DNA of 64,000 nucleotides from Lytechinus pictus. Taxonomy: Eukaryota. Position 1 is the first letter of the stretch. The number at the start of each line of letters is the position of its first letter. Positions 11,142 to 23,500 of this stretch are shown piece after piece. The stretch covers positions 17,610,001 to 17,674,000 of the forward strand of contig NC_087245.1 in the NCBI RefSeq assembly GCF_037042905.1, read 5' to 3'. Made by a program: the position numbers and the translations under genes. The notes under the pieces were generated by a model. That model was not told the DNA's origin, did not search any database, and was given only the letters and a program-made list of their open reading frames with translations.

Positions 11142-13902
11142 CTCTGAATCTATGTTTAGATCAAATATATCATAATCACCGTTATCATCATCATCATATT
11201 TGCCATCAATCATTATCAGCATCATCCTCCTCATCATCGTATATTTTTTCGTCAATCAATATCTATCTAATGTCTGTCTATCTATCTAATACCTATTTAT
11301 CTGTTATATATATATATATCTATCTATTAATATATATCTATCTTCTATTAATCTATCCACCTATCATTTATCCCTCCATCCATCCATCTATTTATCCATC
11401 TTTCTTATATGTATCTGTTTAAATATGTATGTCTATCTGTCTGTCTATTTATCTTTCATACTTATATCCACTCATTTGTTTAAATAATTATGTCTGTTTA
11501 TCTATTTATCTACGACAGGCCACCTAATTCGTCCGCACGACGAATTAAAATCTAGTTTCACTTGTTACATTTTAAATCTGAGAGAAAACAAATCCTTTCA
11601 CTTTTGTTGGATAACACATACGACGGCTGCCGTATTAGACCAAGAAGCTCCTTGATTAGACCGTACGTAAAGTTCATTCCTCACGTAAAATCCATTCCTC
11701 TCGCTCCGAAAAACATTTCACTCTTGTTGCAAAATTCATTTCACTCAATTGCAAAAAATACGTTCCTCTTTTTTCTCGGCCTGTAGGCGGCGCGCTTCAT
11801 TGTTGGCGGGAAATAGAGATGGTTGCAAAATTTTCGCTGTGCTGAGGGGAGAAATCATGAAAGCGGTTGCAACTCACAAAATGACAAGGATATGGGGATA
11901 TCAGCGAACGAATTTACGACACTCTCCCACGTGCACGAGAATGCACCACGAGGTGGGCCCATGAACACAAAACGTAAAGTTTGATTTTATCGCTGATTAT
12001 GCACAATAGCCAGTGCAATCAGCCGTTGCATTCTGCCCTACGATCAATCACTAACCTTAGCACGGTCTGGCTATACGTTTTGTAGGCATGGGGCATGAAT
12101 ACTTTATACATACACTATCTACAGAGCTGAATGGTCAAGGTAAGTGTTGAAATTTCCCTTTTCTCCATTCCGTCTGTCTTTTACTTCATTGACATACGAT
12201 GATCGTAATGATTGATTAAATGAAGCTTACAAAGAGCTACAATTCACTGGTCAACTCGCTTGTACCTGCACTGCAAAACCAAATTCTCTCCAGTTTGTCC
12301 GAGACATGAATGGGGGGTTTTCCAATGCTACTCTCAGAACGGGCAGTACTTCACCGTCTTTTGAACAGACATGAAAAGTGAGTATACGGGACTGAAGTTA
12401 AGTGATGACGTCATCGCTCAACCCTAAAAATTTGGTGTTAGCCGAGAATGTCCACCGAAAGCGATGACGTCTTCACCCATTCAGGTTTGAAGAAGCACTG
12501 CCCGTGACAAAATGGTGAGAATTTGGTTTTGCAACGGAAGTACAAGCGAGTTGACCAGTGAAATGTAGCCTTTTGTAAGCTTCATTTCATCAATCATCGC
12601 GATTATCGTATGTCAATGAAGTAAAAGACAGACGGAATGGAGAAAAGGGAAATTTCAACACCTTGTCCATTTAGCTCCGGAGATAGTGTAGTGCCATGCG
12701 TGGAGCTATTCATGCTTCATATCATGCCTACAAAACGTTAGTGAGTTGATCGTAGGGCAGAATGCAACAGCTGATTGCACTGGCTATTGTGCATAATCAG
12801 CAATAAAATCAAACTTTATGTTTTGTGTTCATGGGCCCACCTCGTGGTGTATTCTCGTGCACGTGGGAAAGTGTCGTAATTGGGTTCGCTGGTATCCCCA
12901 TATCCTTTTCATTTTGTGTGTTGCAACCGGATTCATGATTTCTCCCCTCAGTACAGCGAAAATTTTGCAACCATCTCTGTTACCTCGTCCTGCCAACAAT
13001 GATGTGCGCCGCCTACAGGCCGAAAAAAAAGAGGAACGTATTTTTTTGCAATTGAGTGAAATGAATTTTGCAACAAGAGTGAAATGTTTTACGTAGCGAG
13101 AGGAATGGATTTTTACGTGAGGAATGAATTTTACGTACAGTCTAATACGGCAGCCGCCGTCGTATGTGTTATCCAACAAAAGTGAAAGGATTTGTTTTCT
13201 CTCAGATTTAAAATGTAACAAGTGAAAAAGAAACTAGATTTTAATTCGTCGTGCGGACGAATTAGGTGGTCGGTCGTAGATAAACAGACATAATTATTTA
13301 TACAAATGAGTGGATATAAGTATGAAAGATAAATAGACAGACAGATAGACATACATATTTAAACAGATACGTATAAGAAAGATAGATAAATAGATAGATA
13401 GATCGATGGATGGAGAGATAAATGATAGGTGGATTGATCAATAGAAGATAGATATATATTAATAAAAGGGATTAATATATAGATAGATATAAACAGATAA
13501 ATAGGTATTAGATAGATAGACAGATAGACATTAGATAGATATTGATTGATGATAAAAAATACGATGAGGAGGATGATTGATGGCAAATATGATGATGATG
13601 ATAACGGTGATTATGATATTATATTTGATATACACATAGATTCAGAGACAGATAGATACATAGATACATACGCAGATAGATAAACAGATGGATAGATATA
13701 TAGATAGAGAGAAAATAGATTGATATATTTATTGATAGATAGACAGATAGAATAACATATTTAACAGATTTAATAGATAGATATTAAATAGATAAACAGA
13801 CAAATAAACAGACATGATTATTTGCACAGATCAATAGATATTAGATTGAAAGATAAAAGGTAGACATACAGATAGACATACATATTTTGAACAGATAGAC
13901 TT

Positions 13903-13949
<47 letters not shown>

Positions 13950-16900
13950 AGATAAATAGGCAGATAGATATAAATTAAGACAGATATACAGACATTTAAA
14001 CAGCCGGATAAATCATTAGATAGATAGATAGATTGAATGATAAATAAACAGATATAGACATATTAAAATAAATAAATAGATATTAGATAGATATATAGAT
14101 AGATAAAGAGACAGACAGATAGATAGATAGACAGACATATTTAAACAGATAATTGTTAGATAGATAGAAAAATAAATAGTTCGAGAGATAGATAGATAAA
14201 TAGACAGACAGATAGATGGATAGATATATAGATTTAAACAGATAGATATATATTAGGCAGAGAGATAGATAGATATATCATGTAGGTAGATAGATAGATA
14301 GATGAATTTTACGTACGGTCTAATACGGCAGCCGCATGTGATATCCAACAAAAGTGAAAGGATTTGTTTTCTTTCAAAATTAAAATGTAACAAGTGAAAT
14401 TATTCTTTTCAAAAGTGAAACATATTTTTTTTGGAAAAGTGAAATATATTATTTTTTGAAAAGTGAAATATATTTTTTTGAAAAGTGAAATATATTTTTT
14501 TGAAAAGTGAAATATATTTTTTTGAAAAGTGAAATATATTTTTTTGAAAAGTGAAATATATATTTTTTTGAAAAGTGAAATATATTTTTTTGAAAAGTGA
14601 AATATATTTTTTTGAAAAGTGAAATATATTTTTTTGAAAAGTGAAATATTTTTTTTTTAAAGTGAAATATATTTTTTTGAAAAGTGAAATATATTTTTTT
14701 TATAAAAGTGAAATATATTTTTTTGAAAAGTGAAATATAAATTTCTTTGAGTGAAATGGTTTAGTAGAAGAGAAACATATTTTTTTCAAGTGAAATATAT
14801 ATATAATTGTTTCCCTATGGGCGTGCCATACTCGCGCTTCGCGGTCAAACTGTTAGGTGATTTACATAACTTGTTCAACGTGGAGCTTAAATATCAATTT
14901 CACCTCGGAAATCAAACTTTCATTATTTTGTGTGATTTACAAATTGATTTTTATAAAGTGCTTTGTACAAATATTTTGATTTATCAGGTACTTATTATTT
15001 TCGTGTATTCCATACAATTTTCAAAATATCCCTTTTCAGGTCTGATTGTCAAAACGTATCAGCTAGCGCTGCTCGATCGCCTTTTGATTGGCGAGTTATG
15101 TATGTGTCAATTTTGATTACGCAACAAACTACTTAAAATCCTTTGTTCATGACTGCATGAATTTCTACTCGCAATTTGCACTCACATTAATTCCGCGCCC
15201 TCATTATGCATTGATAAATAAGATATCAATTTAATAATTAAATTGTCCCTTTTGTTTCATCTCGCGCTTGGCAAGAGGAATAGAAAGATAGTCATCATTT
15301 TTGTATGATGACATGTCCTAAGGATGTCCCGGTCCTATGTCAAAACTCAAAATAATAATAATGAAAAATATCAGCTCTTTATTAAGTGCAATCTATATCC
15401 ACCTCACAATTTTCCTACAAAGTGCTTGAAATAATGAGCTGAATTTGACCCTTTTTAGATCGGAATATCAAATATTTTATGCTCACGCTTCGCGCTCGCT
15501 TTGATTTCCATGATAATATGTACTTTTAGAATGCCTAGATTGTAGGATTAAATCTGAAACAGGCGCGCGTGCATCTGCTCGCGCTTTGTCCTCGCATTAT
15601 TAATGTAGGAAGATCCCCTTATTACTCATCCTTTTCATGACAATACATAATAGAGTGTCCCGTTTTTAGGTCTAAATCTCGATTTTTTCCGCTCGCGCTT
15701 CGCGCTCGCATCAATTGTTTAGTTATCACGATTACAAATATTGATTAAAATTTTCCATTCTTTACGTACTAGAAATGTCAAAAATTTTCAGCTCGCGCTC
15801 GCATTATATTGATTGTTGAAATATTTAACGTCTTCATGGCTAAGTGCTAGCAGTCCTTAACATGTAGGGCCTACCTTTTCGATCAGTTCAAAACTCTGCT
15901 CACGCTTTGCGCTCGCATTATTAATGTAAGGAAGATCCCCAATTACTCATCCTTTTCATTATTTAAAAAACATGAATAGAGTGTCTCGTTTTTAGGTCTA
16001 AATCTCGAAATTTTCGGCTTGCTCTTCGCCCTCGCATCAATTGTTAAGTTATATACCTGTTCTGTTTAAATTACAAAAAGTGCATAGAATTTCCAATCTT
16101 TAGGTAAAAGTGTCAAAAAATTTCAGTTCGCGCCTGACGCTCGCATTATTTGATTGTTGAAAATTATGTAACGTCTTCATGGCTAACTGCAAGCAGTAGG
16201 TAGGGCGTAGGCCTACCTTTTCGATTAGTTCAAAACGTGTATTAAAAATTTCTGCTCGCGCTTCTCGTTCGTAGTAGAGTTGCATACACATCTTTTTCAG
16301 GATAACAAACATTGCCTACAATGTCCAAATTTTAGGGAAAAATACATAAAATAAAAAAGATTGCTCGCTTCGTGCTCGCATTATATAAATTATGATTATG
16401 ATATTATATATTTATGTTGATTTATAAGAGTAATGCTAAGAAGCAACTATTAGAACCACCCCTTCAAAGAAACAAACAAAAATCATGTTCGAGCGGCCGA
16501 TCGGGGAAAATATGGCTGAAAAAAAATTCCGCCCACCCCCCCCCCCCCCTATTGGCGAAGGCTGGATCCGCCCCTGCTAATTGTCTTGTTATTGTATTTG
16601 TATATCATAAAAGCCAAGTCCACCCCAGCAATCAAGAAGTGGATTTGGAGAAAATGGAGAAAAATCAAACTACTATAATTATAACGCTGCATCATGAGAC
16701 GGCTATTCTGATTGGAGGTTTACTAGGCATTTAATTAATTAAAGTTCTCATCGAGGAAAAGTTCTTCATCACGGTCAAATGTTATTAATGCTTGATCGAG
16801 AGCTCGATAACTCTCTAAACTATTGTGGTGGCAGCATACTATTTTCAAAAGGTTATTTTGATAGGGTCTCGCATTACAATAGAGACGGGCACATTACCTC

Positions 16901-17373
16901 AATAGGCAAATCCTTGTTGGGCCTATTTAAAGCGACACATTTTGCAAATTGCATGTCTTTTCTCTAAACAACCTCTAAATGTAAACTGAAACTAATCAAA
17001 CTAATTACTCTGTCAGAGTTGTATAAAGGGCTTATCCCATTCATCAAAATCTACGGCAATTTTTTTTTTCGCTTAAATCTGTATGCCAGAGTGCACATAA
17101 TAATGACTCTAATCCTCGGTAAACTTGAGCAAAAGTTGCCATAATTAAGCGAACCTTTTAAATAAAATTCACAATTATCGATTATACCATCACGACAACT
17201 TGATACTTTATATATAATGTATACCAATTTGATGAGCATCAATAGCAAAGGCCAGATATTGCAGAATAAATATAATATTCATGAACTTCTTTGTGATAGC
17301 TAATTATGTCCTTCATACAAACGTCCTTGGCTCGATGGCGTTATTCTCCCATGCAGCGAATGGGAGGCCTCGG

Positions 17374-17380
17374 TATAAAA
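17374..17380 (+). promoter_or_regulatory. Candidate TATA box of copy A
   Basis: TATAAAA about 160 bp upstream of the ATG/first donor. Conserved at the same place in B and C. Confidence 0.45.
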
Positions 17381-17532
17381 TGTTGATATCATTACTGTAA
17401 CAACGGCACATTCAGATGAACAAATTCTTAATTCTGAGAGAGGAACTATACCTCTTTCACATTTCACGAAACTATTTGAAGATTTCCTTCTGCTGCTCTC
17501 AGGACTCGGTGCATAAAAAAACATCAGTAATC

Positions 17533-20500
17533 ATGGTAAGCTCATACTTTCTATTATTATTATTATTACTATTATCATTATTACTATTATCATTATCGCA
17601 GATTTCACACCCGTCATGATTTATCATGGACATAATTACGGTTTCATGATGTTTACTTTTACTTCTTAGGCCAATTTTCCATTTCCTTTCTTGGTCAATA
17701 AAAAAAAAATGAACTAAAATAGTTGCCTGTTATGTACATGTTGCACTCCTGTATTTGTCCCCCCCCCCCCCTCATCTCTCTCTCTCTATATATATATATC
17801 TCTCTCTCTCTCCCTCCTTGAACAGTCTTGAAAACAAGTCCTTATTCTTTTTTAATTTTCGATTTATTTAGGGAAAATTGATTTTGTATTCAGTTACGTC
17901 CATCACAATCGTCATGGAATTCTTAATTGATATCTCTTTCTGCTTCTTTCAGTCTGTCGTATGCTCATCACAGAGTTTGCCTATTTTCCTGTTCCTCATT
18001 GCAGTGAGTTTCGTTCATGGTGGTAAGTTTGAATTTGATATTTTGACCCTTTTTTATTTGTATTGATTATCATGATTACAAACAAAACATCTCATAATTA
18101 CTGTAGACAAAAAGAAAAACAACAGAAAAAATAACTAAAATAATAATCAGAATAACAATATCAATAAGAATATAAAGTGACCCGGTTTTTAATCATACAC
18201 TTCTTATAATATTTTTGCGATACATAAATCGCGGTATAATCTGTGAAGAGAATGTAATGTTGGATTGTAAACACTCGGAATGATCACGAATGTTTTATAG
18301 ATCCCGTGATCCCACTTTTATTTTTTGTAACTTCCAGTTTAGTTCATACTTCAGTACTTTACATATTTAAAAGAAATATTAGGGGAAACGCATAAACGAT
18401 CAAAATTACCGTCTTGTCGATTTTTTTTTACAATACAGTTGCTGAATTAAAAGAGCTTTGCGACCCAGACCCTGTATTATGTAAGAACATCACTCTATCT
18501 GGAGGGAGATCGATTCAACTCATTCCAAGATTAGCATCAACATCAAACGATCCTGAACCAGTTCTGGTAAAACTCCCATCTTGGCGCCATTTTGTCTGTG
18601 TTTTACCGAAAAGAAATGGTGAGTGCATAAAAACGATCTTCTACAGATATTTTAGACATGATAGGCCTATGTCCCCTTATATCATAAGATTTCGCAAAAA
18701 TATTTTCTAGGCTATTTGGATTACTGTTGCTCATTTCACCTTTCTTTAGATGGGTATTATGACCGGTTCCCTCGAGCCATTTGGCGCATCTACCTCCCGG
18801 ATCTTCCTGTTCCTATAATATGCTAAAGAGATACTGTAACCGGCGTGTGGTCTATCGTGTTTAAATATTTCTGGAGGAGCTGCATCTGTTACAGGTGCTC
18901 TTCGAATTGTTATTTTTGTGTGACATTGTAGAGTTTTGCTTCTGACCAAATTGCTTTGTTGCACCAAATATGCAAAAGTCTATACATGTTATTCATTGGC
19001 AGCGGAACGGTTTTGAAAGGGGGTGGGGCTGAACATACATAAAATCGCAATCATGGTCATTTTTGCGTTTTTGTACAAAGTTTTAGGAAAAGTGGGGCTG
19101 AAGCCCCTAGCACCCCCCCCCCCCCCCGTTCAGTGAGCCATGTTAATCTGTAAATGTGGAAGGGTCTGGTTATTTACAGACTTCATTATTAACTTTTCCC
19201 CTTGTTTGTCCTTCATTTCGGATCGTGCTTTCCTACTATCTTTTGCAAAGAGCGATTTTGTACGATTCGTATTGACTGCATCCTATGCAGTCTGCTTCCT
19301 TTTCTTGAACCATGGACCGTGTTTATCAGTGTTTCGTAAATATCTTATCGAGAATAGTACTTCTATACAATGTGCCTTTACACTATCTTCTATAGGCCGG
19401 CCAGACCGGATTCGTTAATGTTTTTGTTCTCTTCCATCATCATGATCATGTGTCCATGTTTCTACTACAGGAAGTTCTGTCCCAACACAATCACCATCCG
19501 TAAATAGTTTTTTAATTAGCATTATTATATCGTCTTTGTATTATTATGTCAATATCGTAGAGAATCCTACGGATACATCACCACCACTAGAAACTCTCGA
19601 TGGAGGAAGTTCGACAACCTCGCCAGAAATTTCATCCAGTGGATCAACTGAAGCTTCGTCAGAACAAGCAATGTCAGGCTCAGTAACTACTCCATCAGAA
19701 CCTACGACCAATGGTAAAACAAGCCCCCAGCCCCCCTTCTCGGTTCCGTGCCCATAATAATCTGTAAAAGCTCCATGGTTAAAGTGATAGGGTCTGATAA
19801 TACTTCCATAATGATTTTCCTCGTTTGTCCTTTATGTCGGATCATGCATTCCTCCTAACCTTTTTGCAGTTAGGTATCGCGATATTGTACGATTCTTATT
19901 GACCCAATCCTGTGCAGTCTTCTTCCTTTCCTTGAACCATGGATCATGTTTTTCATTGTTCCTTTAATGTCTCATCGAGAATAGTACTGCTATCAATGTT
20001 TCTTCTAGACCAGACGGGTTTTGCTAATGTTTTTGCTCTCTTCCATTCATCTATGATCTTCCATGTTTCTCCTACACGAAGTTCTTTCCCAACACAATCA
20101 CCATCGGTAATTGTTTTTTATGTCAATATCGTATAGATACTCCCATGGATGCATCACCGCCCCAAGAAACTCCTGGTGGAGGAAGTTCGACAACTTCACC
20201 AGAACTTTCTTCCAGTGGATCAACTGAAGCTTCGTCAGAACAAGCAATGACCCCAATGACAGGCTCTTCAACTACTCCATCAGAACCTACGACCAATGGT
20301 AAATCAAGCCCCCAGCCCCCCTTCTCGGTTCCGTGCCCATAATAATCTGTAATAGCTCCATGGTTAAAGTGATAGGGTCTGATAACACTTCCATAATGAT
20401 TTTCCTCGTTTGTCCTTTATGTCGGATCATGCATTCCTCCTAACCTTTTTGCAGTTAGGTATCGCGATTTTGCACGATTCTTATTGACCCAATCCTGTGC

Positions 20501-23500
20501 AGTCTTCTTCCTTTTCTTGAACCATGGATCATGTTTTTCATTGTTCCTTTAATGTCTCATCGAGAATAGTACTGCTATCAATGTTTCTTCTAGACCAGAC
20601 CGGTTTTGCTAATGTTTTTGCTCTCTTCCTTTCATCTATGATCTTCCATGTTTCTCCTACACGAAGTTCTTTCCCAACACAATCACCATCGGTAATTGGC
20701 TTTTATGTCAATATCGTATAGATACTCCCATGGATGCATCACCACCCCAAGAAACTCCTGGTGGAGGAAGTTCGACAACTTCACCAGAACTTTCTTCCAG
20801 TGGATCAACTGAAGCTTCGTCAGAACAAGCAATGACCCCAATGACAGGCTCTTCAACTACTCCATCAGAACATACGACAGACGATGCAGCGACAACTTTG
20901 TCACACCCTACAACAATTCCTTCTACGGAGGCTTTACCTGAAACCACAACAAAAGGAACTTCAGGTGTGAATTCGTGTAAGACGCTCTATTCAATGGGGC
21001 ATCAAACAAGTGGTGTCTATGCCATCTCTCCTAGCGGTGTGGGACTGACCGATGTCTACTGCGATATGACCACCGATAGCGGAGGGTGGACAATCTTCCA
21101 GGTACGTTCCGCCAGGTTCTCGGTGTGAAATGAATCTATCCGATGTTTATGTTTTATTAAGATGGTCAATATTTTTGCTTAATCGCATCTTTTTTTTTCG
21201 TTTTTCTTTTCTTTTCTTTTTTTAAAAGAACTTTTGCTCTATCCACCATTTCATTCTGGCCTCTTCATCATGTTAATATAGGCCAAATAAGTAGAATTTT
21301 GTAGACTTGCTCGCTTCGCCCGCTCACAATTTTTCTGAAATATTCCAACGTATCTAAACTCAACCTTCTCTTGCACGCTCACTATTCGATAATTTTTTTT
21401 CACATATCACATCCTTCACAATAATAATATGCATACAGAAACGTTATGACGGATCTGTGGATTTTTACCGCAATTATACCGAGTATGTTCGTGGATTTGG
21501 TGACGTCGAGGGCGAATACTGGTTGGGATTAGACCAACTCTACTTACTTGCTAAAGATGGAGTCGAACTCAGAATCGATATGGTTGATTACGATAACAAT
21601 CCATTCTACGCTCATTATGGCAGTTTTAGCATTGGAAGTACCAACACCAAGTAAGGTTCTTACAATTTTCCTTCGCTATAATTATAGAGAGAGCGTATGG
21701 AAAACGTTACATTTTGGAAAAGCTGTCAAAATTACGCTTATTAATGAAGTATCATTGTGTAATATCTCTAAAATCTTCTCTATTAGATGACACCACGAGA
21801 TATTTTGTTCATGCTTGAGCGCAAAACGACATGTTTTATCAGGGTGACGAGAATGGCTTGCACCATAATGAAGGAATGGGCAGTCAAATCAAATTATTTG
21901 CTCGAGTTATTAAGATCTTTTCACATACTATTTATTCTTGATTAGTACAGGATAGAAGAGGCATAACCTTGTTTTTACATATATATTATATTTTTTGATG
22001 GTTTATTGTCAATTTTAGAGTGCTGATTGCGAATCTGAATGATGCCACTCGTGTAACCTTGAGCATTTTCCGCAAATTGGCAAAATCCAATATGGCCGCC
22101 AAAATATGCAAATTACCAATGGAAATGCCCGCACATTGGCAACAAAATGCATGAAATTGTGTGGCAGGAGTGAAATACTCGCTGAAAAAATAATTTTTGA
22201 CAAAATATTTATTTTCTGGATCATAATGGCCGCCATAGGCCTCTGTATACTCTATTATGTACAACATGAATAGGGAAAACTTCACAAAAAATGAGCACTA
22301 AACTGCAAGAAATCGTGATCTATGAACGAAATTCTGTATGCAAATCGTCATTACTAACGAGATATATCATTTATTATATCATGTATGGGAACATTTCTGT
22401 ATTTTGATATTTAAAATAGCCGCCACTGGCCAAAACAGTATTATGTACAATGGCAAAGGGGGCCAAAAAAACCCACAAGAGTGAGCACTAAAATGCATAT
22501 TATTAAGATAAACGAGTGGAATACTGACTAAAAACATAATTGTTAGCGAAATTTATCATTTAATATGCCATGTATGTGATAAATGTTGTATTTTGATATT
22601 CAAAATTGCTGCCTAAGACCCTAACAGTATTATGTACAATGAGAAAGAGGACCAAAGAAATTACAAGAGGTGGCACTAAAATGCATATGTATGTGATAAA
22701 GTTACGTAATACTGTCTAAAAAAAACCATAATGAATATTCGTAGTACACGTAAATGGAGTAGATCTCCAACGAAATATAGTTTGTGTTAAATACTGTATT
22801 TTGAATTTCAAAATGGCCGCCATAGACATTGACTGTATTATGTATAATGCGAACTGGGAAACTAATATTCACAGGAGTGAGCACCATAAATGTACGTTAT
22901 AGTGATCCATGAGTAAAATATTGCCTGAAAGCATAATTTCTAACAAGATATATCATTTATTCTGCCAGTTAGGTGACAAATACTGTATTTTAAAAGTAAA
23001 AATGGCTACTACAGGCCCTTACGGTATATTATGTACCATGTAAATGGAAAAACATGATTTCAACAGATTTTGGCTTTGCTTGACTGAATGGTGTTGTATG
23101 AGTGAAATATTGTCTGAAAACATCATTTATAACAAGATATATCATATCTTGTGTAATTTAGGTGATAAATACTGTATTTAAACATTCAAAATGGCCGTCA
23201 TATGCCCTTTTGTGAAAATTATCTGTCCACATTCAAATTGACGATAAGGGCCTATGATGGCTATTTTCAATTTCAAAATGCAGCATTTTCAACTTAATTA
23301 CAGAAGATATGATATATCTCGGCAGAAACCATGGTTTTAGACAATATTTCACCCTTACATCACAATTATATGCAATATTTATAGTCAAGCAAAGCCAAAT
23401 TCTGTCAAAATTATATGTCACATGTTCCTATGTACATAATACTTTTAGGACCTATGGCAGCAATTTTGGATTTCAAAGTATACAGCATTTATTACCTCCA

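Larger units (their letters stand above)
8027..14830. mobile_element. 6.8-kb palindromic (foldback) non-autonomous transposon, TATGG..CCATA ends, 6-bp TSD CTCGCG (IS3EU-like)
   Basis: TSD at 8021-8026 and 14831-14836. Precise empty site at 54925-54930. The arms are inverted copies almost to the centre (~12419-12459). Confidence 0.9.
7807..16576 (-). mobile_element. hAT-like element (CAGGGGCGGATCC..GGATCCGCCTATG family), 6-bp TSD CTAATT, interrupted by the 6.8-kb foldback
   Basis: TSD at 7801-7806 and 16577-16582. Empty site at 29963-29968 in unit B. Uninterrupted copy at 54712-56669. Confidence 0.85.

Noticed and set aside
11562..13221. Mirror-image ORFs in the palindrome core as a possible transposase
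   Set aside because: Short, frameshifted between arms, and no DDE or other recognisable motif.
18439..18618. Exon 3 as an Ig, CUB or C-type lectin domain (snail-FREP-like architecture)
   Set aside because: Only faint resemblance; the diagnostic residue patterns are absent. Needs a profile search.
21548..21790. Alternate-frame 80-aa ORF conserved in all three copies
   Set aside because: It overlaps the FReD exon in another frame; conservation reflects recent duplication.
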